Positions 54,723 through 63,708 of a stretch of DNA of 64,000 nt are shown here, one piece after another. The stretch is from an uncultured archaeon. Its GTDB lineage: Archaea > Iainarchaeota > Iainarchaeia > Iainarchaeales > JAAZKV01. The notes under the pieces were generated by a model. That model worked only from the letters and a program-made list of their open reading frames with translations, made no database searches and was not told where the DNA came from. A program made the position numbers and the translations under genes. Within the stretch, counting starts at the first letter, position 1. Every line of letters starts with the position of its first letter. Location of the stretch: assembly GCA_964551375.1 (NCBI GenBank), contig CAZKBG010000001.1:490833-554832 (forward strand), written 5' to 3'.

Positions 54723-55951
54723 TACTCTTTATTCATTAATAACAGTTCTGCCTTCTCATTTTCGCCAATTGAAAGCAAATCAAACAGCCTTCTTGTTTCA
54801 AAATTCTTAAGCCCTGCTTCTTCAACATTCTTTTCTAATAAATCCACGCCTAAGTCAATAACATTCTTTTTCCCAAGCTGCTCTTCTTTTAATCCCTCAA
54901 TTTTCTTCTTAAAATTCTCAATTGAGAAATTCTTTGAAACGCTAAAAACAGCTTTGTCAGAATATTTTGAAAAATCAAGTACTACATCGCTTTGAGAAAA
55001 GCCCTTTGCAAGCGAGCCGGTTAGTTTTATTCTTACAAGAGGCTTTATTTCAAAAGATTTGCCGCCCAAGAAAGAATCAACTTTTTCATTTGCTGATTTT
55101 ATTACTTCATCAGGCTTAGCGGAAGAAAAATTTATTTTAGCATAAAACAATTTTCTCTGATGAGGAAAAGGAATGAACGTTAATTTCTTTGATTTTGTTT
55201 CAAATAAATAAATTCCTTTAGGCATTTCAGCCTCAAGCTTCTTCATTTGAGTAAAAATTGCAGAGCCAGTTAAGAGAAACCTTTTACCTTCCAGATTCTG
55301 CTCGCTTGTCCAATGAAGGTGCCCATTTAGGATTAAATCAAATCCTTTAGGAAGGTCTGTGAGAGAAAGAGAGGCAATTGCATCATCATCAAAAGGGAGA
55401 AAATCAATAAAGGACTGATGAAGAAGCAAAAGATTTGTGTGATTTGGAATTGGAGTCGGATTGTACTTTTCAAGAACGGCTTTTGCATTCTTTTCAGGAA
55501 CCCCGCCCATTCCATGAATGTAAACAACTTCGCCTTCTTTTTCTAAAATTGCATACCCTGCATGAACATGAACTAAACAATTTGATTCCTCAAGAATATC
55601 AAGCGCGTTTGCAAAATCCTTCCCCCTGAACTCATGAGTTCCATGAATTCCAATAATTGGAATCCCCTTAACTTGAACCCTTTTCTCAGCGCCTAAATAT
55701 GTCCGCTTCATTTCCCTTAACTCGCCATTATTCTCGCTAAATGCATTAAATACTTTCTGCCACACTTCCTGTTCAGGAACCGCGCTGTCAAACAAATCCC
55801 CCGCGTGAAGAATGTAATCAACTTTGTGATGCTTAAACATCCTAATTGATTCTTTGAATCTGGCAAATGCCTCTTCATATCTATCCTCGCCGTTAAAGCC
55901 AAGATGGGAATCAGAAAAAATACCTAATAGCATACAATACCCCCCATCCAA
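54722..55951 (-). CDS. Mre11/SbcD-like calcineurin-type phosphoesterase (DNA repair nuclease family)
   Basis: Metallophosphoesterase motifs GIFSDSHLG, LHAGDLFD, GIHGTHE and GHLHW in canonical order. About 150-aa C-terminal extension. No Rad50 gene adjacent. Confidence 0.65.
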   Translation of the reverse strand: MDGGYCMLLGIFSDSHLGFNGEDRYEEAFARFKESIRMFKHHKVDYILHAGDLFDSAVPEQEVWQKVFNAFSENNGELREMKRTYLGAEKRVQVKGIPIIGIHGTHEFRGKDFANALDILEESNCLVHVHAGYAILEKEGEVVYIHGMGGVPEKNAKAVLEKYNPTPIPNHTNLLLLHQSFIDFLPFDDDAIASLSLTDLPKGFDLILNGHLHWTSEQNLEGKRFLLTGSAIFTQMKKLEAEMPKGIYLFETKSKKLTFIPFPHQRKLFYAKINFSSAKPDEVIKSANEKVDSFLGGKSFEIKPLVRIKLTGSLAKGFSQSDVVLDFSKYSDKAVFSVSKNFSIENFKKKIEGLKEEQLGKKNVIDLGVDLLEKNVEEAGLKNFETRRLFDLLSIGENEKAELLLMNKE

Positions 55952-55968
55952 AAAAGTTAAAACAACTA

Positions 55969-56841
55969 CTAAGGCGCTGAAAATCTTGTTGCTCCGCCAA
56001 TAAACGGAGCGAATGCCTTAACACCAGCCAGCTTTGAATCAGCAATCGCCTCTTCTTTTGATTTTGCAAATGAAAAAAATGCTTCAAGTTCCCCTTGCGC
56101 CAAAAGCTCTTTTGCTTCAATAACAGAAATCTGCTTGAATAATCTGAAACTATTAAATGGAATAAGCCTATCTGAAAGATTTTGCGAAAGAACTTTATCC
56201 CCCATAAAGCAAACTGTGCTCCCGCACTTTAGGATGCTATAAACCAATTCAAAAATTTCAATATCTGAAGCTTTACTTGAGTTGTTCAAAATAACACATG
56301 CTCTCCTCTGGCACCCCACAGGCATTCCTTTTGCTCCGTTTACCGCCCCAAAATAAAAATAAGCTTTCTTATCCTGCGCAATGCAAAACACTTCACTCTT
56401 TGGAGAAGTCAATTTCACTTTCAAACCCTTAATAGAGTCCAATAGTTTTGCTCCAAGCTCTTCTTCAAGTTTTTTTGAAGAAAACTGTTTGCAAAAACTT
56501 TTTCCTCTTACTGCAAAAGTCCCCTCGGGCAGATTATCCTTGCTTATCTTTGCCCCAGATTCGCATAAATCGGCTAATTCAGTAAACTCAACTTCCATTG
56601 AAAGATGCATTGAATGAATTCCAAGACAAGTCAGTAAAGAATCAATCACTTTTTTAGGTTTTGAGTGATACAAAACCATTCTTCCGCCAAATTTATTGAA
56701 CTTCACCCCTTCAACACCCGCTTGTTTTAAGTAAAGCTGAATATTTTTTTTTAGCTTCTTGTTCATGAAAGAGCGAACAACAGGACTTTTTATCGCAAGC
56801 TCAGGATTTGGCACAAGAACTACACAATTAGGCTCAAACAT
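55969..56841 (-). CDS. ThiI N-terminal-like protein (ferredoxin-like + THUMP domain, PP-loop degenerate/truncated)
   Basis: N-terminal KKLKKNIQLYLKQAGVEGVKFNKFGGRMVLY and THUMP-like FAVRGKSF...AYFYFGAVNGAKGMPVG. Where ThiI has SGGxDS this protein has ILNNSSKASD, and it is only 290 aa. Confidence 0.5.
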   Translation of the reverse strand: MFEPNCVVLVPNPELAIKSPVVRSFMNKKLKKNIQLYLKQAGVEGVKFNKFGGRMVLYHSKPKKVIDSLLTCLGIHSMHLSMEVEFTELADLCESGAKISKDNLPEGTFAVRGKSFCKQFSSKKLEEELGAKLLDSIKGLKVKLTSPKSEVFCIAQDKKAYFYFGAVNGAKGMPVGCQRRACVILNNSSKASDIEIFELVYSILKCGSTVCFMGDKVLSQNLSDRLIPFNSFRLFKQISVIEAKELLAQGELEAFFSFAKSKEEAIADSKLAGVKAFAPFIGGATRFSAP

Positions 56842-56920
56842 AAAATAATCAGAATCAAAAAGCCATTTAAATTAAACTAACGGGGGTCGAACAAAACTCG
56901 CTAACTACAATAAAAACAAG

Positions 56921-57439
56921 CTACTTTTTAGAGATTAAAGCATCTTTGACGCCTTTTGAGAGCTTAATAATATTGGTTTTTCCAAAATGTTCAACTTCAA
57001 TTACCCCCCTGTCTGAAAGCCTCTGAATTACCCTATGAGACCTAAGCTTTCCAATCCCCTCAATTCGAGATATTTCAGCCTGAAGAACTTTGCCGTCATT
57101 TTCAAGCAGTTTTTGAACAACCTGCTTTTCATCCTTAGCAAGGAACTGAATTAAAATATCTGAAACATTTTTCAGATTCTTTGACTTGTCCTCAAGCCTT
57201 GAACTCATGAAGAAAAATACAAGCGCCCCTATTACAACTCCAACAATTATGAAAACAGGCGCAAGTTCAGCTAAAAAATTAGCGTAAGCTTCATGCTGGC
57301 AGACTCCATCAATTGTGCACTGCGCAGGCTCTAAATTTGTAATAATCGTAGGAAGATAAAAAGCAAGCCCGATAAGGCAAACTAATATTATTACTCCGGC
57401 AAGGGCGCGCTTGTTTGAAAAGTTAATTGAAATGTCCAT
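56921..57439 (-). CDS. Membrane-anchored winged-helix transcriptional regulator (putative metal-responsive regulator of the adjacent cop locus)
   Basis: Two N-terminal TM helices followed by a wHTH-like domain (KQVVQKLLENDGKVLQAEISRIEGIGKLRSHRVIQRLSDRGVIEV). Divergent to the copZ-like gene. Confidence 0.5.
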   Translation of the reverse strand: MDISINFSNKRALAGVIILVCLIGLAFYLPTIITNLEPAQCTIDGVCQHEAYANFLAELAPVFIIVGVVIGALVFFFMSSRLEDKSKNLKNVSDILIQFLAKDEKQVVQKLLENDGKVLQAEISRIEGIGKLRSHRVIQRLSDRGVIEVEHFGKTNIIKLSKGVKDALISKK

Positions 57440-57647
57440 ATCAAAATATACTCAAAAAGGGTTTATATGAATTACTATTCATTTAATCCCTGTAAAAAGA
57501 GCAAAAATCACGGTTTCATGAACTCGTATATATGGTTTCAGGACCAATATGTGTGGAAAACTCCAAGAAAAAAGCGATAGTGCTTTTTGGTGCCAAGAAA
57601 CCCCTAATGTTTCCCACGCACCAAAAACACTAAAAAAAGGTGAAAAT

Positions 57648-57872
57648 ATGAATGCGGAATTCAAAATAGGCGGAATACACTGCAAAAGCTGTATTGCCCT
57701 AATAAAAATGAATATTGAAGAAATAAAAGGAATAAGCGAAATCAGCGGAAATAATGACAAAGGCACACTGAAAGTAAAATACGACGAAAAGACTGCAAAA
57801 CTCACAGATATAATAAAGGCAATAGAACAGGATGGATACAAAGTAGAATCATACAAGGAAAGCAAAAATTAA
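57648..57872 (+). CDS. Heavy-metal-associated (HMA) domain copper chaperone, CopZ-like
   Basis: GIHCKSC metal-binding motif in the first beta-alpha unit. 74 aa from the internal Met, preceded by a GGTGA SD-like sequence. The ORF-track start at 57549 is probably too far upstream. Confidence 0.8.
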   Translation: MNAEFKIGGIHCKSCIALIKMNIEEIKGISEISGNNDKGTLKVKYDEKTAKLTDIIKAIEQDGYKVESYKESKN

Positions 57873-57880
57873 GCGGGGCG

Positions 57881-59413
57881 ATGAAAATGACTGAACACAA
57901 CAAGAAACTTACGCATGCAACAATCAAAATAAACAATATGGTTTGCACAAGCTGCGAAACAATCATTGAAAAAAGCGTGAAGAAGAAAAACGGGATTGAA
58001 AGAATAAATGTTGATTACAATAATGGGGAAGCAAAAGTTACTTATGATTCTTCAAAAGCGACTCTTAAGGAAATTTATGACGCAGTAAGAGAAGCAGGAT
58101 ATGAAGTTGTTGAAGGCGATGAAAAAAGAAGAATCAGCCCTACACACATTGCCCTTGGAATATTTGTGGCAATAATGCTTGTATTTGGATACTTAGCAGT
58201 ATCAAGCACGCTTGAAGGAATGAACATATCAATACCCCAAATAGATGCAGGCACAAGCGCAATAATAATTTTCTTTGTAGGACTTTTAACAGGATTTCAC
58301 TGCATAGGAATGTGCGGAGGATTTGTATTAGGATACACCGCAGAAGCAAGAAAAGCGAACCCAAAATCGCTTAACCTTGGAGCGCACGCCCAATATTCAA
58401 TTGGAAAAATAATCTCCTATTCAATAATAGGAGGAATATTTGGACTTGTTGGAAGCATATTTGTATTCAGCCCAACACTAAGAGCCATGATCGCAATAAT
58501 TGCGGGAATATTTTTAATATTTTACGCACTAAAAATGCTTAATGTTCACCCATCCTTAAGAAAACTAAGCCTTCCAAGAGGACTCTTTGACAGGCTAAGA
58601 ATCGGACCGCTAAAGAAAAGCTCAAACCCGCTTGCAATCGGACTTGCTAACGGATTATTTATCGCATGCGGACCATTACAAGCCATGTACATCCTTGCCA
58701 TGGCAACTGGCTCATTCACGGGAGGAGCAATAATATTATTTGCGTTTGCAATCGGAACACTAATCCCAATGATGGGTTTTGGAATCTTCGCCTCATTCAT
58801 AAGCAGAGGAATGCAAAACAGCATAGTAAGGATTTCGGCAATAATAGTTCTTGTAATGGGAATACTAATGATAAACAACGGATTAGTTCTGACAGGAAAT
58901 AATGTAACTTCCATATTTGCCACCCCAAACTTAAACGCTTCAAATACACAAGGCAACAACACTAATCTTGCAATTTCAAATAACCCAGCCGATTCAGGAA
59001 CTCAAACAAGCAACGGACCAGGATATCAAGTGATAAACATGGATGTAGTAGGCACAGGATACTCGCCAAACAGCTTTGTGCTCAAAACAGGAGTTCCTGT
59101 TAAATGGGTAATTAATGGAAAAGAAGTCACAGGATGCAACGGAGGAATAATAGTTCCAGCATACAACCTTGATTTTAAGATAAAAAAAGGAATACAAACA
59201 ATCGAATTCACCCCTACAAAAGCAGGAACAATAAACTGGAGCTGCTGGATGGGAATGATACCAGGACAATTTATTGTAAGAGATGATGTGAGCATTGACA
59301 AAGACGGAAAAGTTGTTCTAAGCCCAGCTATTGAAAAAGAAGCGGTTGCTAGCGCAGCCGCTGCACCAAAAGCAAGCGGACACTCATGCGGATGCGGGAT
59401 GAAAAGCGCATAA
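57881..59413 (+). CDS. Three-part fusion: N-terminal HMA domain + DsbD/CcdA-like (DsbD_2) membrane domain + C-terminal cupredoxin-like domain
   Basis: HMA motif NMVCTSCE. Polytopic membrane core with Cys motifs in helices (TGFHCIGMCGGF; FIACGPLQA). Gly/Asn/Thr-rich linker, then a beta-rich domain with copper-ligand-like residues (GCNGG ... WSCWMGMIPGQF) and a terminal CGCG. Confidence 0.6.
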   Translation: MKMTEHNKKLTHATIKINNMVCTSCETIIEKSVKKKNGIERINVDYNNGEAKVTYDSSKATLKEIYDAVREAGYEVVEGDEKRRISPTHIALGIFVAIMLVFGYLAVSSTLEGMNISIPQIDAGTSAIIIFFVGLLTGFHCIGMCGGFVLGYTAEARKANPKSLNLGAHAQYSIGKIISYSIIGGIFGLVGSIFVFSPTLRAMIAIIAGIFLIFYALKMLNVHPSLRKLSLPRGLFDRLRIGPLKKSSNPLAIGLANGLFIACGPLQAMYILAMATGSFTGGAIILFAFAIGTLIPMMGFGIFASFISRGMQNSIVRISAIIVLVMGILMINNGLVLTGNNVTSIFATPNLNASNTQGNNTNLAISNNPADSGTQTSNGPGYQVINMDVVGTGYSPNSFVLKTGVPVKWVINGKEVTGCNGGIIVPAYNLDFKIKKGIQTIEFTPTKAGTINWSCWMGMIPGQFIVRDDVSIDKDGKVVLSPAIEKEAVASAAAAPKASGHSCGCGMKSA

Positions 59414-59462
59414 ATATAACAACAATTAATTAAATAATTAATGCGAGACGAAGGAATGCCTT

Positions 59463-61661
59463 ATGAAAAAAATCACACTACAAGTAGGCGGAATGCACTG
59501 CGCAAGCTGTGCTGTGATAATCAATAAAACCCTGTCAAATAAAGAGGGCGTGAAAGAAGCTAATGTTAATTACTCTAATTCAAAAGCAACAATAGAATTT
59601 GATGAAACCAAGCTAAAGGATACAGAGTTAATTAATGCGATAAAAGGAGCAGGTTATGACGCAACACTCCTTGCAAAAAGAATTGACGCAGAAAAACAAA
59701 ATACGCTTCAAACTAAAGAAATCAAACACATTAGAAATACTTTTTTACTCAGCTTAACATTCGCACTCCCCGCATTCATAATAGGAATGGTATTAATGCA
59801 AATAGGAATTGAACTCCCACACATGGGGCTGATTCTTTTTGTTCTAGCAACCCCAGTTCAATTCATTGTAGGAAAACAATTTTATTTAGGAGCATGGGCG
59901 GCTCTGAAAAATAAAACAGCAAGCATGGACACATTAATTGCGGTAGGCACAAGCGCAGCATATTTGCTTAGTTTGTATAATATTTTATTCAACCCGACTG
60001 CGGGGCAATACTTTGAAACAAGCGCAATACTAATTACACTTGTAATTCTAGGAAAATGGCTTGAAGCAATAGCAAAAAGCAAAACAAGCGAAGCAATAAA
60101 AAAACTAATGAATTTAACTCCAAAAACAGCAAATGTAATTCGAAACCGCAAAGAAATTACAATACCTGTTGATGACATCAAACTCGGGGATTTAATTATT
60201 GTAAAACCCGGCGAAAGAATCGCAGTTGACGGCGAAATAACAAGCGGACACTCAGCAATTGATGAAAGCATGATAACAGGAGAAAGCATTCCTGTGGAAA
60301 AGAAAACAGGAGACAGCGTAATAGGGGGAACAATAAATAAACACGGAACAATTACATTCAAAGCAACAAAAATCGGCGAAAACACCACACTTGCGCACAT
60401 AATAAAACTAATTGAAGACGCTCAAGGCAAAAAAGCGCCAATACAAAGATACGCTGATACGATAAGCGGATACTTTGTTCCAGCAGTTATTGCAATTGCA
60501 ATATGCACATTTATTGTTTGGTACTTTATTTTCAATATGGGATTTTCATTCAGCATCTTAACAAGCGTAGCAGTGCTTGTAATTGCATGCCCTTGCGCAT
60601 TAGGACTAGCCACCCCAACTTCAATAATGGTTGGAACTGGGCTAGGCGCAAAATACGGGATATTAATTAAAGGAGGAGATGCTCTTGAAACTGCCCACAA
60701 ATTAAAATATGTTATTTTTGACAAAACAGGAACTATTACAAAAGGAGTTCCTGAAGTAACCGAAATAATACCTTTAGGAAAAATCAGCGCTCAAAAAGTT
60801 CTTGAAATAGCAGCAAGCATGGAAAAAACAAGCGAACACCCTCTTGCTGATGCAATTGTGGAAAAGGCAAGGCAGGATAAAATTGAGCTTAGCAAAGTTC
60901 TGCACTTTAAAGCAATAGTCGGGCACGGAATTGAAGGAGAAATAAACAAAAAGAAATATTACCTGGGAAACACAAAACTTCTGCTTAAAATCGGAATTAA
61001 ATCCGATGAAATAAAAGAAAAAATGGCAAAACTTGAAAGCGAAGGAAAAACAGTAATGATACTGGCTGATTCAAAGCAAGCGCTTGGATTAATCGCAGCA
61101 GCCGACGCAATAAAAGAAACTTCAAAAGAGGCTGTTTCTTCGCTTGAAAAACTTGGAATAGAAGTTTATATGATTACTGGAGACAACGAAAGAACAGCAA
61201 GAGCAATCGCAACACAAGCGGGAATAAAAAATATATTTGCTGAAGTTCTTCCTGCAGACAAGGCAAATTATGTGAAAAAACTTCAGGAAAACGGAAAATA
61301 CAAAGTAGCAATGGTGGGGGACGGGATAAATGACTCTCCAGCGCTTGCCCAAGCGGATATTGGAATAGCAATGGGAAGCGGAACTGATGTAGCAATGGAA
61401 ACAGGAAATATAGTACTAATGCAGAATAACCTAAAAGATGTGTCAAAAGCAATCAAACTCTCAAGAATTACAATAGGAAAAATAAAACAAAACATGTTCT
61501 GGGCATTGTTCTACAACGTGGTTGGAATACCAATCGCAGCAGGAGTGCTGTACTTTTCATTAGGAATACTCCTATCCCCAATAATCGCAGGCGGAGCAAT
61601 GGCGCTAAGCTCAGTATCCGTTGTAACCAATTCTCTTTTAATGAAAAGAAGAAAATTGTAA
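59463..61661 (+). CDS. copA: Copper-translocating P1B-type ATPase
   Basis: HMA GMHCASC, TGES, CPC (ACPCALGLATP), DKTGTIT phosphorylation site, GDGINDSPAL. Confidence 0.95.
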   Translation: MKKITLQVGGMHCASCAVIINKTLSNKEGVKEANVNYSNSKATIEFDETKLKDTELINAIKGAGYDATLLAKRIDAEKQNTLQTKEIKHIRNTFLLSLTFALPAFIIGMVLMQIGIELPHMGLILFVLATPVQFIVGKQFYLGAWAALKNKTASMDTLIAVGTSAAYLLSLYNILFNPTAGQYFETSAILITLVILGKWLEAIAKSKTSEAIKKLMNLTPKTANVIRNRKEITIPVDDIKLGDLIIVKPGERIAVDGEITSGHSAIDESMITGESIPVEKKTGDSVIGGTINKHGTITFKATKIGENTTLAHIIKLIEDAQGKKAPIQRYADTISGYFVPAVIAIAICTFIVWYFIFNMGFSFSILTSVAVLVIACPCALGLATPTSIMVGTGLGAKYGILIKGGDALETAHKLKYVIFDKTGTITKGVPEVTEIIPLGKISAQKVLEIAASMEKTSEHPLADAIVEKARQDKIELSKVLHFKAIVGHGIEGEINKKKYYLGNTKLLLKIGIKSDEIKEKMAKLESEGKTVMILADSKQALGLIAAADAIKETSKEAVSSLEKLGIEVYMITGDNERTARAIATQAGIKNIFAEVLPADKANYVKKLQENGKYKVAMVGDGINDSPALAQADIGIAMGSGTDVAMETGNIVLMQNNLKDVSKAIKLSRITIGKIKQNMFWALFYNVVGIPIAAGVLYFSLGILLSPIIAGGAMALSSVSVVTNSLLMKRRKL

Positions 61662-61734
61662 GCAAATCTCTTAAGCGCAACCGCACCCAGATAATTTATT
61701 AACCAAAAAAACATACTACTATCGGTGCAACAGT

Positions 61735-62763
61735 TTGGAAAAAAAAGGATTTAACAACAACAAATACTTCAAAGCCCAATTAAAAGCAATAAAAAAAAGG
61801 GCTGGAAAATTTGACAGAGTATACCTTGAGATAGGCGGAAGATTGACTTACGACGGACATGCCTCAAGAGTAATGCCCGGATATAATCCAAAAAATAAAG
61901 TTGAACTTTTAAAAATACTGAAAAATGATGTTGAAGTGCTTTACTGCATAAGCTCTCACGAACTACAAAAAGGAACTAAATGGAGCAATACAGGAATGAC
62001 ACTAAATAAACTTGCGCTAAAAGAAATAGCAGAACTTGAGAGCTACGGGATAAAAGTGCATGGGGTAGTAGCAACACGCTTCAAAGGCGAAAAGAAAGTC
62101 CTTGAGTTCAAAAAAGAACTTGAAGAAACAGGAAAAGATTTATACACAACTTACAACATTGAAGGGTATCCTTACGAAATGCACCACATCTTTGGAAAAC
62201 ATGGATTTAATGCTCAGCCGTACATTCCAACGACTCGAAAAATAATTGTAGTAACAGGCGCAGGAGCAAATTCAGGCAAAATGTTTGTATGTCTCTCTCA
62301 AATCTTCCACGAAGACAAAAGAGGACTTGACAGCGGATTTGCAAAGTGGGAAACATTCCCAATATGGAACCTTCCGCTAAATCATGAAGTCAACATTGCC
62401 TACGAAGCAGCAACTGCTGATATTAAAGATGTAATAATGATTGATCCATTTCACAAAAAGAAATACGGAATTGATGCTGTGAACTACAACAGGGATGTTG
62501 AGAACTTTTATATTTTGAAAAAAATCATCACAAAAATTGCAAAACCGCACAACTTCATGCACAAATACAACTCCCCCACAGATATGGGAATGAATATGGC
62601 AAAAAAAGGGATAGTAAATGACGCTGTTTGCAGAGCTGCTGGAAGAGAAGAAATAATTCGAAGAAACGAATTCTACAAAAAAGAGCTGAAAGGGACTGCC
62701 AGAGAAGAAACACTAAAAAGAATGGAAGAAATATTCAAATCCGCCAAAATTGCGCTTAAATAA
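61735..62763 (+). CDS. Conserved hypothetical protein
   Basis: 342-aa ORF with good coding character. No family confidently recognised from memory. Confidence 0.4.
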   Translation: MEKKGFNNNKYFKAQLKAIKKRAGKFDRVYLEIGGRLTYDGHASRVMPGYNPKNKVELLKILKNDVEVLYCISSHELQKGTKWSNTGMTLNKLALKEIAELESYGIKVHGVVATRFKGEKKVLEFKKELEETGKDLYTTYNIEGYPYEMHHIFGKHGFNAQPYIPTTRKIIVVTGAGANSGKMFVCLSQIFHEDKRGLDSGFAKWETFPIWNLPLNHEVNIAYEAATADIKDVIMIDPFHKKKYGIDAVNYNRDVENFYILKKIITKIAKPHNFMHKYNSPTDMGMNMAKKGIVNDAVCRAAGREEIIRRNEFYKKELKGTAREETLKRMEEIFKSAKIALK

Positions 62764-62785
62764 TTCGACTAAATTGATTAAAAAA

Positions 62786-62856
62786 AGCAGGGAAAGGGAG
62801 TTGAACCCTCCTAACTCCCTCTGCAGGGGAGTGCATAACCGCTTTGCTATCCCTGC
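62786..62856 (-). tRNA. tRNA-Cys (anticodon GCA)
   Basis: Reverse complement GCAGGGA-TA-GCA-AAGCGGTTA-TGC-A-CTCCC-CTGCAGA-GGGAG-TTAG-GAGGG-TTCAACT-CCCTT-TCCCTGC folds as a cloverleaf. U33, anticodon GCA, G37, discriminator U. Confidence 0.7.
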
Positions 62857-62947
62857 CTGAATAGCAAATAAATTACCTAACATTTCATTTAAAAAACTGC
62901 TTAATTGAATGAATTAAAAAACAAACCAGCCATAAAATAAGCTAAAT

Positions 62948-63102
62948 GCAGCTGTGGTGAAGTGGTATCATGCAACCTTCCCAGAGCCTTGCTAAGGCTC
63001 GCGAAAGGGCTATCTTCGCGCTAACTGCGCTCGATAACCCAGATGCAATTAGACAAAGACTGGAAAGAGGTTGAGCTCCGGGTTCGATTCCCGGCGGCTG
63101 CA
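62948..63102 (+). tRNA. Intron-containing tRNA (84-nt intron at canonical 37/38; anticodon CCC = Gly if canonical)
   Basis: Acceptor GCAGCTG pairs with CGGCTGC (one G-U). D arm GTGA-AGTGGTA-TCAT. Anticodon stem CAACC pairs with GGTTG, which lies 85 nt downstream (63069-63073). T arm is CCGGG-TTCGATT-CCCGG. Discriminator A. Intron is 62984..63067. Confidence 0.6.
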
Positions 63103-63143
63103 TCATTATTAATTATTCAAGCAGTTAATCAATAGGTGATCTT

Positions 63144-63674
63144 TTGGAAGCAATTAAATGCATTATGACAAGAAAAAGCATCAGAAAATATTCAAACAAA
63201 GAAGTTTCTGAAAGCGAATTAAAAATAATACTTGAGTGCGCAATGCAAGCTCCATCAGCTGTAAACGAACAGCCATGGGAATTCATCGTAGTAAGAGAAA
63301 AATCCCTTCTTGAAAAACTATCTAAAGTGACACTTTATAGCGGAATGATTAAAACTTCTTCAGTGGCAATAGTTATCTGCATTAATGAAAAAAAAGAAAA
63401 TGTGTGGGGAAAAACTTTTTATGGTAAAGGATTTTCAATACAAGACTGCTCAGCAGCCGCGCAAAATATACTCCTCTCTGCGCACGCACAGGGATTAGGA
63501 GCAGTTTGGGTGGGAGCATACCCAAGCGAAAAAATAGTTTCAACAATTAGAGAAATATTTGACATCCCTAAACACATAACTCCGCTTTGCATAATTCCAA
63601 TCGGCTATCCAAAGGAAAAATTAAAAGCTGAAAAAAGATACAAAGAAGAAAGGGTGCATAAAGAAAAATGGTAA
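63144..63674 (+). CDS. Nitroreductase-family flavoprotein
   Basis: RKSIRKY ... AMQAPSAVNEQPWEFIVV ... and downstream conserved Gly-rich segments. 176 aa. Confidence 0.85.
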   Translation: MEAIKCIMTRKSIRKYSNKEVSESELKIILECAMQAPSAVNEQPWEFIVVREKSLLEKLSKVTLYSGMIKTSSVAIVICINEKKENVWGKTFYGKGFSIQDCSAAAQNILLSAHAQGLGAVWVGAYPSEKIVSTIREIFDIPKHITPLCIIPIGYPKEKLKAEKRYKEERVHKEKW

Positions 63675-63708
63675 AAATAATAATAAACAATATCAGAAGG
63701 ACTGGTAA

